Positions 48,361 through 57,321 of a stretch of DNA of 64,000 nt are shown here, one piece after another. Each line of letters opens with the position of its first letter. Within the stretch, counting starts at the first letter, position 1. The notes under the pieces were generated by a model. It did no database searches, was not told the DNA's origin, and worked only from the letters and a program-made list of their open reading frames with translations. The translations under genes and the position numbers were made by a program. The DNA is from an uncultured Flavipsychrobacter sp. (GTDB lineage Bacteria > Bacteroidota > Bacteroidia > Chitinophagales > Chitinophagaceae), in the NCBI GenBank assembly GCA_964481425.1, contig CAYZTM010000009.1:31452-95451 (forward strand), written 5' to 3'.

Positions 48361-48637
48361 TAACATCATCCATAGTGATTAAAAGTGGTCGGCTAACGTG
48401 TTAAATAGCTAACCAACCACAATTAATCAACAGTTCATTTTCGTTTTCAGGGGTCTTTGAGATTTGGGAGAGGCAAGACCTTCTCAAAAGAAATCAGCGT
48501 TGCCATGAGCATCGTGCACATACTCATAGCCCAGGTAGCTGATAACAAAATACAGCACAACTCTCCTGCCATGTAACTGCTAATACGCCCGATATGCCTA
48601 ACCATACCATGCCTTGTAGGTGGGTGCTTTGTAGCAG

Positions 48638-48883
48638 TTAGAAACTGGCAACAATGGTGAAATGAGTGTGGGCGTAGATACCTGTGTTGGTGATAAACAG
48701 CAGTTGATCGTCAGGTGTAGAGGCGACCTCATCCACGTACAAGGAAACGCCTTTTTGCAGGCTCATATAGTCGTCCCTGCAGATTACCCTAAACGGTGTG
48801 TACAACTGTCGTATTCGCCCCATAGTGTTTATTATGAGGATGCTGTTACAATCCCCATAGCTGACTGTGTAGGATTGTTCCAT
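48638..48883 (-). CDS. hypothetical protein (island)
   Basis: I prefer the start at MEQSYTV (48883), which is 5 nt after the upstream stop. No motif was recognised. Confidence 0.45.
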   Translation of the reverse strand: MEQSYTVSYGDCNSILIINTMGRIRQLYTPFRVICRDDYMSLQKGVSLYVDEVASTPDDQLLFITNTGIYAHTHFTIVASF

Positions 48884-48888
48884 AGGGC

Positions 48889-49884
48889 TTAGCTTAAGTA
48901 CCAACAATCGGCTTTACCCTGCACCGCTTGCATGATACTCTTGGTAACGGTGTAAGCGTTTGCGCTCCTGTCAAGGAACAGGTCTATGTACGAACTTTTG
49001 TTAGCCCCTGTAAGAAGGTTATAAAGCCGCCATAGGTTGATACTGCCATCATCATTACAGCGGAAACTCAGGTCGCTGTAATAGTCTTTACAGATGTTGT
49101 TTATCTGTGCATCACCAAACCCGAACTCAGGTATGAGCAACTTAGCACCGTCCGACATGTGGCGATACATACGCGCCCTGCCGATAAGCTGTGCAAACTG
49201 CCGTTCCGTAAGGCTGTACTGTTGGAACTCCTGTAGCTGTTGCGCCATCTGTACAGCGTTAAACTCTGTAAGCAATGAAAGGATAGAGTTGTAGAGTACG
49301 TCAAGATTGTGCACCTTCAGGTCGCTTAGGTAGCCGTCTGTGTGTACGCACAGGTTGCAGCACACGAGGTTGCGGAAACCTATAAAGACCTTGAAACGCT
49401 GCGCACTGCTCTTGCTTATCAGGCTGTCAAGGTTATAGGCTTTGACACCACCCACGGTAAGATTAAGGCGATTGCCCTCAATCTCGTTGGTTATAGAGGG
49501 TATCTCCACACAGAATGCCATCCGTTCATAATACAGGGTCTTTTCGCTGTCAAGAAGGGCATTTGCAGGCTTATTACGAGCCTCTGGGGTTCTGCCCTTG
49601 ATAGGGTGGCTTAGCCTGATAGCAGGCTTTAAAATGGTCTCGCCTGCGAACACATGGCTTATAGCCTGCATAGTGGCATCTATGAACTCCCCGTGTGCAA
49701 TAACTGGCTCATTCTCCTTGATGAACACAGGTATGATATGCCTGTTGTTTATCTCGTCCAGAGTACCGCCTACTGTGTTAGCCTCAATGAAGGGCTTAGA
49801 CGAGGATATCACCTCGATGTTGTCAACGACCTGGGTAAGGGCTTCGCCCACTGCCACAGGTTCTGTAATGGTTTGTACTTCCAT
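48889..49884 (-). CDS. DUF3871/DUF932-like island protein
   Basis: 331 aa from the ATG at 49884, in a TAAAATG junction with the upstream ATPase gene. The RFKVFIGFRNLVCCNLCV block resembles the DUF3871 family seen in Bacteroidota mobile elements. This assignment is from memory. Confidence 0.5.
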   Translation of the reverse strand: MEVQTITEPVAVGEALTQVVDNIEVISSSKPFIEANTVGGTLDEINNRHIIPVFIKENEPVIAHGEFIDATMQAISHVFAGETILKPAIRLSHPIKGRTPEARNKPANALLDSEKTLYYERMAFCVEIPSITNEIEGNRLNLTVGGVKAYNLDSLISKSSAQRFKVFIGFRNLVCCNLCVHTDGYLSDLKVHNLDVLYNSILSLLTEFNAVQMAQQLQEFQQYSLTERQFAQLIGRARMYRHMSDGAKLLIPEFGFGDAQINNICKDYYSDLSFRCNDDGSINLWRLYNLLTGANKSSYIDLFLDRSANAYTVTKSIMQAVQGKADCWYLS

Positions 49885-49885
49885 T

Positions 49886-50734
49886 TTACTGATGGTTTGA
49901 TTGGTGAACAATGTTGTTAAGCTGGTTCTTTCGTGCTGTAAACTCGTGTACAAGTACCTGTTGATACTGTGGATGGGCATAGTAGAGGCTGTTCAGGTCT
50001 TGAACGCTTGGGGCTGTCCTGACACGTTGTAGCATCACCTCATAGGTAACAGGTGGTGGCGCATCTACGCCCGTGTTACACCATTCAGCAATAGCCCTGC
50101 CTGTGTCTGCCGATGGTATAAATTCAGGCTTACTACCGAATAGCTCTGTTCTATCCTTAGATGCCTTTGCCCTGTGCTGCATGTCCATCTCGAACACGAG
50201 TGTAAATTCGTATTCAAGGTTATCCCTCTGCACTCCCTTCATTCCAACCTTTTCAGGGACTTGCTTACCGTTCTTTTCTGATAGCACATATTCCTGCTTG
50301 CTGCGGATAGTGCAGATAAAATGGGCATTGCTTTGGAGTATTTTGTTGACAAAGGCATCATGGCGTGGTAGAACCTTAGCCCAATTCGTGAACGAGTTGC
50401 CTGCAAGAGAGCTATGGTAGTCAATGATGAAGTCCCATTCGTGGCTGGTGCTGTCAATAATGATTACTTCCATGCCAGCATCAAGGCAGATGTTGATGCC
50501 CTCACAGTAACGTTCAGGGCTGTAGGGCGGTTCCAATGATAGGGTTTTGAATGTGCCCAAGTGGGCGTATAGGTCTGCACTGTTATTCTCTGTATCAATA
50601 ACAGCAATCTTGTTCCAGTTGCCACACAGACCATAGGCAATAAGTAAGGCGGACATGGTTTTGCCGCCACCGCTGGCTGATTGAATACCCAGCTTGATTT
50701 TAGCCTTCTTACGGCTGGCTTGTTGTAGTTGCAT
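49886..50734 (-). CDS. Sak4-like RecA-fold AAA ATPase
   Basis: I prefer the start at MQLQQASRK (50734). Walker A is GIQSASGGGKT and Walker B-like is VIIIDSTSHEW. The size of about 280 aa and the layout match phage Sak4-type single-strand annealing ATPases. Confidence 0.65.
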   Translation of the reverse strand: MQLQQASRKKAKIKLGIQSASGGGKTMSALLIAYGLCGNWNKIAVIDTENNSADLYAHLGTFKTLSLEPPYSPERYCEGINICLDAGMEVIIIDSTSHEWDFIIDYHSSLAGNSFTNWAKVLPRHDAFVNKILQSNAHFICTIRSKQEYVLSEKNGKQVPEKVGMKGVQRDNLEYEFTLVFEMDMQHRAKASKDRTELFGSKPEFIPSADTGRAIAEWCNTGVDAPPPVTYEVMLQRVRTAPSVQDLNSLYYAHPQYQQVLVHEFTARKNQLNNIVHQSNHQ

Positions 50735-50805
50735 TGTATTTGTTTTTGGGTGAAGAAATGCGTAGTGGATTGTGTGTACAGGCGGATTGATGTACATTAG
50801 CCTAC

Positions 50806-51219
50806 ATGGACATAAGCGAATTACTCTTATTTGCTGACAACACTTTTTGGGATAGCATCAACGAACGCCACCAACAAAAAGGCGGTGTCTATAAAATCAT
50901 AGCTGTTGCTGATGGCAAGCGTGTACCTATCAATAGGTTTCTTGGCACGGACAGTGAAGGCGTACTGTACATCGGAAAGGCTACCTCATTTTTGGATAGG
51001 GTTTTAGACCTAAAGAAGTCCTTGTCACCTTCGTACAATAGCGGTGCTCACATCTGCGGGAGAAGGTATAAGAGTCTGCCCAAGATTGCCGAACACTATC
51101 CATTTGAAACGCTGCACGTTGACCTGTTGCCATCTGATACACCAGAGTTGTTAGAAGCGCAACTGTTGGATAGCTATAGGAACAACTTCGGTGAAGTGCC
51201 ACCATTGAATGCCATATAG
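50806..51219 (+). CDS. GIY-YIG nuclease-domain protein
   Basis: 137 aa. GGVYKI (GIY), about 20 aa of spacer, VLYIGKA (YIG), a downstream Arg (DRV) and Glu (LLEAQLL) occur in canonical order. Confidence 0.55.
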   Translation: MDISELLLFADNTFWDSINERHQQKGGVYKIIAVADGKRVPINRFLGTDSEGVLYIGKATSFLDRVLDLKKSLSPSYNSGAHICGRRYKSLPKIAEHYPFETLHVDLLPSDTPELLEAQLLDSYRNNFGEVPPLNAI

Positions 51220-51266
51220 ACAGAGCAAAAAGAGGTAAGGGCAGCATATACCACCCTTACCATAGC

Positions 51267-51671
51267 TTAGTTCAGCTTTGCAGGCTGCTCTGTTAGCACC
51301 TCTGTTTCGGCCGCTATTGGCTTCGACAGGTCTGTTCCCTTTGACCTTACGGCAACCATGCGCTTGCCTCCTTCTGGCTGATAATCCCACCTGTAGCCAA
51401 GTTTCAGAACCTCGCCCGTTTCAGGCATGGTGTATTCGTAGGCTTCACATGGCACACGCTCTATCGTCCCTGCCATCTGCCTGCCAACCATACGTGCTGC
51501 GGTGGCTTCATCGAAGGTGCTGCTGATAGTACACCTGCGTACTGTGGCATAGAACCTGCCGCTATTCTGCGACTGCACCATTTCAATATCCCCTTCAAGG
51601 TCTAAGGAGATGTAGTGTTTCTTGTCGCCTTCTTTCTGCTGCCGAAGGCTGTAACCTGTTACTGTAACCAT
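51267..51671 (-). CDS. hypothetical protein (island replication/recombination module)
   Basis: 134-aa ORF in the coding strand context. No motif was recognised. Confidence 0.45.
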   Translation of the reverse strand: MVTVTGYSLRQQKEGDKKHYISLDLEGDIEMVQSQNSGRFYATVRRCTISSTFDEATAARMVGRQMAGTIERVPCEAYEYTMPETGEVLKLGYRWDYQPEGGKRMVAVRSKGTDLSKPIAAETEVLTEQPAKLN

Positions 51672-52084
51672 TTTTAAGTGCTTTTGAAGTGATGAATAAA
51701 CGAACTGTGGGGCGACAAGGGGGGCATACCCCCAACCCAGAATTAAGGACGGGCTGAAAGAAGGGGGTGGTCAACCTTCGTATATGCACATGGGGGGTAC
51801 TCATTGAAACGGGGCTTCCAATTTTGGGGTGGGAAATTTCGATGTAGCTTTTTCGTGCTGGTAGTCTTTCACCAACATAAACGGGCAGAATAATGCTACA
51901 ATATACAGGGGCGGAATTGAGGCTGTTTAAGCCATCCTGTAGCAGCTATCAACAAATGGTGCAGGAAACAGCCCAAATAACGCTATATATATTATATGGG
52001 TGCGCTACAAATAGCTTGACGTGTGAGGGCACAAAAGGGGCTATTTGAGCACTCCTAATCTCACGTGAGCACGAGCGTCTTTCG

Positions 52085-52137
52085 TTCGACAAAAAAGTCA
52101 AACAACCCATATGGATGCTCTCGACTTTTCTTTCGAG
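52085..52137 (-). repeat. 53-bp imperfect-palindrome element, copy 1 (inverted orientation)
   Basis: The plus strand reads ttcgacaaaaaagtc-N22-cgacttttctttcgag. Its reverse complement, CTCGAAAGAAAAGTCG-N22-GACTTTTTTGTCGAA, matches copies 2-4. It lies 4 nt beyond the helicase stop. Confidence 0.85.
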
Positions 52138-52140
52138 TGG

Positions 52141-54519
52141 TTACAGCAATCTTACTTCAAGAAGGTCGGGTGATATAGTGCGCTCAACGCTGCCCTCTAT
52201 CAAATAATACTCGTCCTTTAGCTTGTTGTGCATACGCTTCTTCATCGTCACGTTGGTAAAGCACTTCTCAAACTCCTTGTAGATGATTGCTTTTTTCGCT
52301 GCCATATCGGGTATGTCTGCCACTGATGGCATGAAGGGGAAAACCCTATCCTTTAATAGCCTGTCAGCGCCATTGAGTGCTGCAATAACGGTTTCACATT
52401 CTGCAATAAAGCTGTCCTGTAGCTGTGTATGTGCATCCCTGTGTATAAGGTTCTCCGACTTGCTGTTTTGTACGGCTTGCTTCGTCATGAAGGTAATAAA
52501 GCCTTTACGTAGCTGGTCGAGTTTATGGAACTGTAAGACACGGTCATTCTCTATGTCCTCAATGTCCACACTGCCTGCAAGCCCAGCGCAGGAAAGTATG
52601 TAGTCCTCTTTAGTCAGCCCTGTAACCTTGCCTTTAGTAGCCATTGTTACATAGGCATCTATTAGGCTCTGGACGTATTGCGGGGTGTTCTTTATAGCAC
52701 CTGCATTGAGTTGTCTGTGGTTGGCAATGAACTGCACCTTTTCACTTACCCCAGGTTCTCCATCTGCACCAGAGCTAACGGTATCTAATGACCTTAGCAA
52801 TAGCTCAACTGCGGCTGGCAGGTCGAGTTTTGCCGCTTGGGTTACTGTTTCATCGGTCAACATAGTTCCGAACGTTGTCTTTGCGGTGTCTTTTGTCAAC
52901 TGCACACTCCTCCTGCGAATAGAGGTATAGGTTATTTCAGTGAGTGTAGCATTGCAGAACTGTCCATAGATTGCGCCCCAAAGGACATAAGCGTTTAGTT
53001 CCTTACCATAGGAATAATGGTTAGCCAGCAACTTCTTTTGGCTGTCCTCTACAAGGTAGTTGCTGAACGATGGGTAGCTGGAACCTAACTGTAGATTGCC
53101 TTGTGTCTGAATGTCGTTCAGTGCCGCTATCTGTTCGCTTACACGGTTTTTCAACCGATTGTATGTGGTCTGTAGTTCAGTATAGAAGCTGTTTTGGCGT
53201 ATGTATTCCTCTGTATCTGTGTTGTCGGTTATATCCTCTGGCAGATAAGGCAGGCTGTTTTCCCTGTTGATAATCGTTGAGGGCTTTAGCATGAGGACAT
53301 GCACATGCCCAATACGCCTTATCCTCGCCATTGACTGAATAATTGAAGGTAGCCCATCGCTGAAAATGCCATACTTAGGGTCGTTGCCGCCAAGACAAGG
53401 GAGTATGCAGATGAACACTGAATCTGACTGCTCTATATCAACGCCTGTCTTAAATGCTGTGCCTAAATTGTTCCTGTTCTGTATAAACTCATTGTCGTTA
53501 TCACTTGTAATCAGATTAGGGTTGAGTAGCTTGACGGCATTTATCAAGTCGGTATTATCAGGGCTATTTGCGGCATCCAGCAACCCGTTTGCCATGCTCT
53601 TATGCCCTGTAAGTATGTTGATCTGTTTGTCCTTATTGTCATCTATGATTTTGCGTACCACATAGTCAAGCGGCATCAGGTTTTGTCCACTGTATGCCCT
53701 CTCAAATAGGTGCAGGTGCAATGACACAGGCTGGTCTATTTTAAGTCTTGGGGTCTCATAAACTGTAATGTTGCCGCCTGTTAGCGCTCCAATATGTTGG
53801 ACAGCAGGAATTGCCGCAGGTGTGAAGGTAGCACTGCTAACATAAGCCTTATGCACCACACCCTTCCACCTCATCAGGTTAGGCACAAACTCGTCAGTGA
53901 AGTTATGAATTGACTCGTGTATCTCATCAAAGAACATCACAACCTTCTTTTCAACTCTATCCTCGTCATAGCAGCTATTCAGAACACCACGTAGAAATTC
54001 CTGCTTGATTTTTAGCTGGTCGTATGCCTCTCCCCCAGGGTTCTGCAACAGGCAGTTTATAGTCATTACATGAATGCTATGGTCAACATGCGGCATGAAA
54101 TTGAAGTGATACCCAGGTTGCTTTGCCGCTTCCATTGTTTGCCCTAAGTGCTCATAGTTGAATGCTTCTAATCCGCGCTTGGTTAGGTTTGCCCAATCTT
54201 TCTCAACAAGTTTCTTAAAAGGACTTAGCACTAATACTATGTAACCTTCCTTTGCATACTTTGCTATCAGGTCGTAGCATGCACGAGTTTTGCCCTTACC
54301 CACCTGAATATTGAACACCACCGTTTCAGTTTTGGAATGGTCAATGTTGCCCATGTGGTTGTTCACATCAAGGAACTCGTTGCTCCTTAACGGTATCTGG
54401 TTCATATCTACGGTGAACCCATTAGCCTGCAATACATCAGTTGGGATTTTGAAGTAGTCTATCTCTTGTTCAGCCAATTGGAAATCCAACTGGCTTGTTG
54501 TATAGGAAATATTGCTCAT
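52141..54519 (-). CDS. superfamily-2 (DEAD/DEAH-like) helicase with large uncharacterised C-terminal half
   Basis: 792 aa. Walker A is NIQVGKGKTR, motif II is MFFDEIHES, and a later SSATFTP resembles motif III (SAT). About 350 C-terminal residues carry no recognised motif. Confidence 0.7.
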   Translation of the reverse strand: MSNISYTTSQLDFQLAEQEIDYFKIPTDVLQANGFTVDMNQIPLRSNEFLDVNNHMGNIDHSKTETVVFNIQVGKGKTRACYDLIAKYAKEGYIVLVLSPFKKLVEKDWANLTKRGLEAFNYEHLGQTMEAAKQPGYHFNFMPHVDHSIHVMTINCLLQNPGGEAYDQLKIKQEFLRGVLNSCYDEDRVEKKVVMFFDEIHESIHNFTDEFVPNLMRWKGVVHKAYVSSATFTPAAIPAVQHIGALTGGNITVYETPRLKIDQPVSLHLHLFERAYSGQNLMPLDYVVRKIIDDNKDKQINILTGHKSMANGLLDAANSPDNTDLINAVKLLNPNLITSDNDNEFIQNRNNLGTAFKTGVDIEQSDSVFICILPCLGGNDPKYGIFSDGLPSIIQSMARIRRIGHVHVLMLKPSTIINRENSLPYLPEDITDNTDTEEYIRQNSFYTELQTTYNRLKNRVSEQIAALNDIQTQGNLQLGSSYPSFSNYLVEDSQKKLLANHYSYGKELNAYVLWGAIYGQFCNATLTEITYTSIRRRSVQLTKDTAKTTFGTMLTDETVTQAAKLDLPAAVELLLRSLDTVSSGADGEPGVSEKVQFIANHRQLNAGAIKNTPQYVQSLIDAYVTMATKGKVTGLTKEDYILSCAGLAGSVDIEDIENDRVLQFHKLDQLRKGFITFMTKQAVQNSKSENLIHRDAHTQLQDSFIAECETVIAALNGADRLLKDRVFPFMPSVADIPDMAAKKAIIYKEFEKCFTNVTMKKRMHNKLKDEYYLIEGSVERTISPDLLEVRLL

Positions 54520-54538
54520 GTTTCTTGTTTCTGGACGA

Positions 54539-54546
54539 CAAAGGTA
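54539..54546 (-). promoter_or_regulatory. candidate -7 box (TACCTTTG) for the helicase gene
   Basis: The reverse complement of caaaggta is TACCTTTG (TAnnTTTG), about 20 nt upstream of the ATG at 54519 and directly downstream of 53-bp element copy 2. Confidence 0.35.
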
Positions 54547-54564
54547 CGAATATGACGTCCACTG

Positions 54565-54617
54565 TTCGAAAGAAAAGTCGGAGATACCTATGAAGCTATG
54601 GTGACTTTTTTATCGAA
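54565..54617 (+). repeat. 53-bp imperfect-palindrome element, copy 2
   Basis: The sequence is TTCGAAAGAAAAGTCG-gagatacctatgaagctatggt-GACTTTTTTATCGAA. Confidence 0.9.
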
Positions 54618-54687
54618 TGGTTTTGAAGAATGTCTACAAAGCACCATACTTGGATATTGAGAAATTATGGTGCAGGTAGATTCATCT

Positions 54688-56880
54688 TCATTCATTATGA
54701 TGTCTTTTTCTACTCCTGAAAATATTCTTTAAAAAATTACCAGTTTTATTTACTGCATCCGCTTGATCTACCAATATGTCCATTAACGATGCATCAGGAT
54801 GTTGAATGTCTTCCATTTTTACACCGTGTTCCAATTGCTTGGGATAGAGCAATATAAAACTAATATTGTTAAAGTGTTTCGACAAATAATAATGCATTTT
54901 ATCCAATACTGAGTTATGAGAAATATGCCCTCTACGAGATGAAATCACCACAAATAAATCGTCAGCCCTAAGTATCCCTGTGAAAATAAGAAATTCGTCC
55001 CAAATACTAAAAGTATTAAATGTAACATTTATCAGGAGGGGAACTGCCTGATTAATCTGTCGAAGTTTAATAATGGTTTCGTCGCTTGCATAAATAATAA
55101 TGGGCATGTCAGTTGCTTTGGCGATAGTCATTATCTTTCTATACCAATGTAAAAAGCCTGGTTCCATTTCAGCAGATTGAGTAACTACCACTACAATACG
55201 ATTTAGGGTATTCAAAGGTTGAACTGGATTGTAAAAGTAAATTGTCTCAGAAATTGCAGTAAGCACGTTGTCTTCAATGGCTCCAAAAAACTCTTTCCTG
55301 TTATTGTTTCGATGAACGCCTATTAAAACATCCGATATGTTATGTTCTTTTATTGAATAAATAATGCCATTGCTAATATTAATATCATAGCGGTTAACTG
55401 GGATAATTTTGTTTTCCGTTGCTGCTGCATGCATCAATGCTTTGTTCATCATTTTGCCACTTGCTGCAATAGGTTTTCCGTCACCACCGTCATCGCTCAC
55501 AATATTCAATGCATATACAGGTATTCTACTTTTTTGATGCTTCAATAATAATCCCATATCGACAAGGTCTGTAACAGTATCTGGGTGCTCAATAAATATG
55601 AGTAGCTTTTCAGTAGGTTCACTATTTTCCGTTTCGGATGTTTTCGCTTCTTCATCCAATGCGGCGATATTTCGGGCGGCTCTTTCCACAACGAATGAGC
55701 CCAGAGTACAACTAAAAAGAATAAGTAAAATTGTTCCGTTGAGTACATCTTCATCAAGCAATCTAATCGGCTCTCCCGAAGCACTTTGTCCAATAATGAT
55801 ATTGTAACCTACAAGAATAATAGCAAGTGTAGCAGCAGCATGGGACGTGCTAAGACCAAATATTATTCTCCCTTCATCTTTGGTAAGTTTGAAGACATAT
55901 TTTGTTATCATTGCGGCTCCGTATTTTGTTGCAATAGCAACTGTGATGATTACTCCTGCAACTTTAAGCGCACCCAATCCTTTTACCAATACGGTAACAT
56001 CAACAAGCATTCCCACTCCAATAAGGAAAAAAGGTATAAACAAGGCGTTTCCTACAAAGTCTATTCTGTTCATCAAAGGCGAGAAGTGAGGTATGAACCT
56101 GTTGAGCACCAATCCAGCAAAGAACGCGCCAATAATTGGCTCAAGGCCTGCCGTCTCAGCAAGAAATGCTGCAAGGAATACAATAGCAAGCACAAAAATA
56201 TATTGTGAAACATTATCGCTAAATCGCTTGAAAAACCATCGGGCAATAATTGGGAAGATGAAAAATACAATGGATACAAAAACTACTGTCGAACTACCGA
56301 ACCTAACCCAATAGCTTGTGGAAATGTCTCCCTTTGCCATACCTGCAATTGCAGCAAGGATCAGCAGAGCTAAAATGTCAGTTATCATGGTGCTCCCTAC
56401 GGTCAGCGTAACCGCCTTGTTTCGTGCTACTCCATACTTGCTGGCTATCGGATATGCTATTAAGGTATGAGTTGAAAACATACTGGCAAGGAGTATTGAC
56501 GACATTATGCCATATCCAAGAACATAGTAGCTCGCCAATGCACCCACAGTTAGCGGTAAGGAAAATGTCATTAATCCCAAAAAAGCAACCTTGCCTCTGT
56601 TTTTTTTAAATTCGTTGAGGTCAATTTCTAATCCAGCAAGAAACATGATATAAAGTAGGCCTACCGTTCCAAATAGAATAATGCTGCTATCACGCCTAAG
56701 AAGATTAAGCCCATGTGGGCCGATGACAACCCCCGCTATAATGAGCCCTATCAAATGAGGTATTTTGATTTTGTTGAGCAAGATCGGGGCAAAAAGAATG
56801 ATGAATAATACAAGTGAAAAAATTATCACTGGATTACTCAATGGTAGGTTAAGACTAATTTCACTCTTCAATATTATCAT
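54688..56880 (-). CDS. cation:proton antiporter (CPA family) fused to C-terminal USP-like domains
   Basis: 730 aa with about 12 TM segments of Na+/H+ exchanger type (..GLEIDL.., ..GPHGL..). A soluble C-terminal half of about 300 aa follows, with two alpha/beta blocks. The gene is visibly more AT-rich than its neighbours. Confidence 0.75.
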   Translation of the reverse strand: MIILKSEISLNLPLSNPVIIFSLVLFIILFAPILLNKIKIPHLIGLIIAGVVIGPHGLNLLRRDSSIILFGTVGLLYIMFLAGLEIDLNEFKKNRGKVAFLGLMTFSLPLTVGALASYYVLGYGIMSSILLASMFSTHTLIAYPIASKYGVARNKAVTLTVGSTMITDILALLILAAIAGMAKGDISTSYWVRFGSSTVVFVSIVFFIFPIIARWFFKRFSDNVSQYIFVLAIVFLAAFLAETAGLEPIIGAFFAGLVLNRFIPHFSPLMNRIDFVGNALFIPFFLIGVGMLVDVTVLVKGLGALKVAGVIITVAIATKYGAAMITKYVFKLTKDEGRIIFGLSTSHAAATLAIILVGYNIIIGQSASGEPIRLLDEDVLNGTILLILFSCTLGSFVVERAARNIAALDEEAKTSETENSEPTEKLLIFIEHPDTVTDLVDMGLLLKHQKSRIPVYALNIVSDDGGDGKPIAASGKMMNKALMHAAATENKIIPVNRYDINISNGIIYSIKEHNISDVLIGVHRNNNRKEFFGAIEDNVLTAISETIYFYNPVQPLNTLNRIVVVVTQSAEMEPGFLHWYRKIMTIAKATDMPIIIYASDETIIKLRQINQAVPLLINVTFNTFSIWDEFLIFTGILRADDLFVVISSRRGHISHNSVLDKMHYYLSKHFNNISFILLYPKQLEHGVKMEDIQHPDASLMDILVDQADAVNKTGNFLKNIFRSRKRHHNE

Positions 56881-57118
56881 ATTTAATTTTATCTAAGTGA
56901 TATTCTTCAATGCATGCACATATAGATTTTCCAGCCCCAAGTTGCAATAATAATGTTTAGTCATTTAGCGAATATATAAAAATAAGTTAAACCGAATGGG
57001 AGGGCATTAAATACTCATGCCAAAGTAAGTAAGGACAGCAAGATTTAAAGTTTGAGCTTGGTGTGGTTTGCATGCCACTTACTTTTCATTTCTCCTTATT
57101 GGAGTAGGCGCAATATTG

Positions 57119-57171
57119 TTCGAAAGAAAAGTCGATTAGACCTACAAGGTTGTGTAGAGTTTTTTATCGAG
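57119..57171 (+). repeat. 53-bp imperfect-palindrome element, copy 3
   Basis: The sequence is TTCGAAAGAAAAGTCG-attagacctacaaggttgtgta-GAGTTTTTTATCGAG. Confidence 0.9.
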
Positions 57172-57321
57172 TTTTTCTGCGATTTTTCGAAGCTGTTTGA
57201 GTTAGCGTATAAAAAAAAGCCAGCCTGAGAACAGACCAGCCCCTATAAACCCTATCACCATGAAAACCTTATAAAGATAGCTTACAGATTTGAAATATCA
57301 AAGCCTACTCATCGTTCATCA

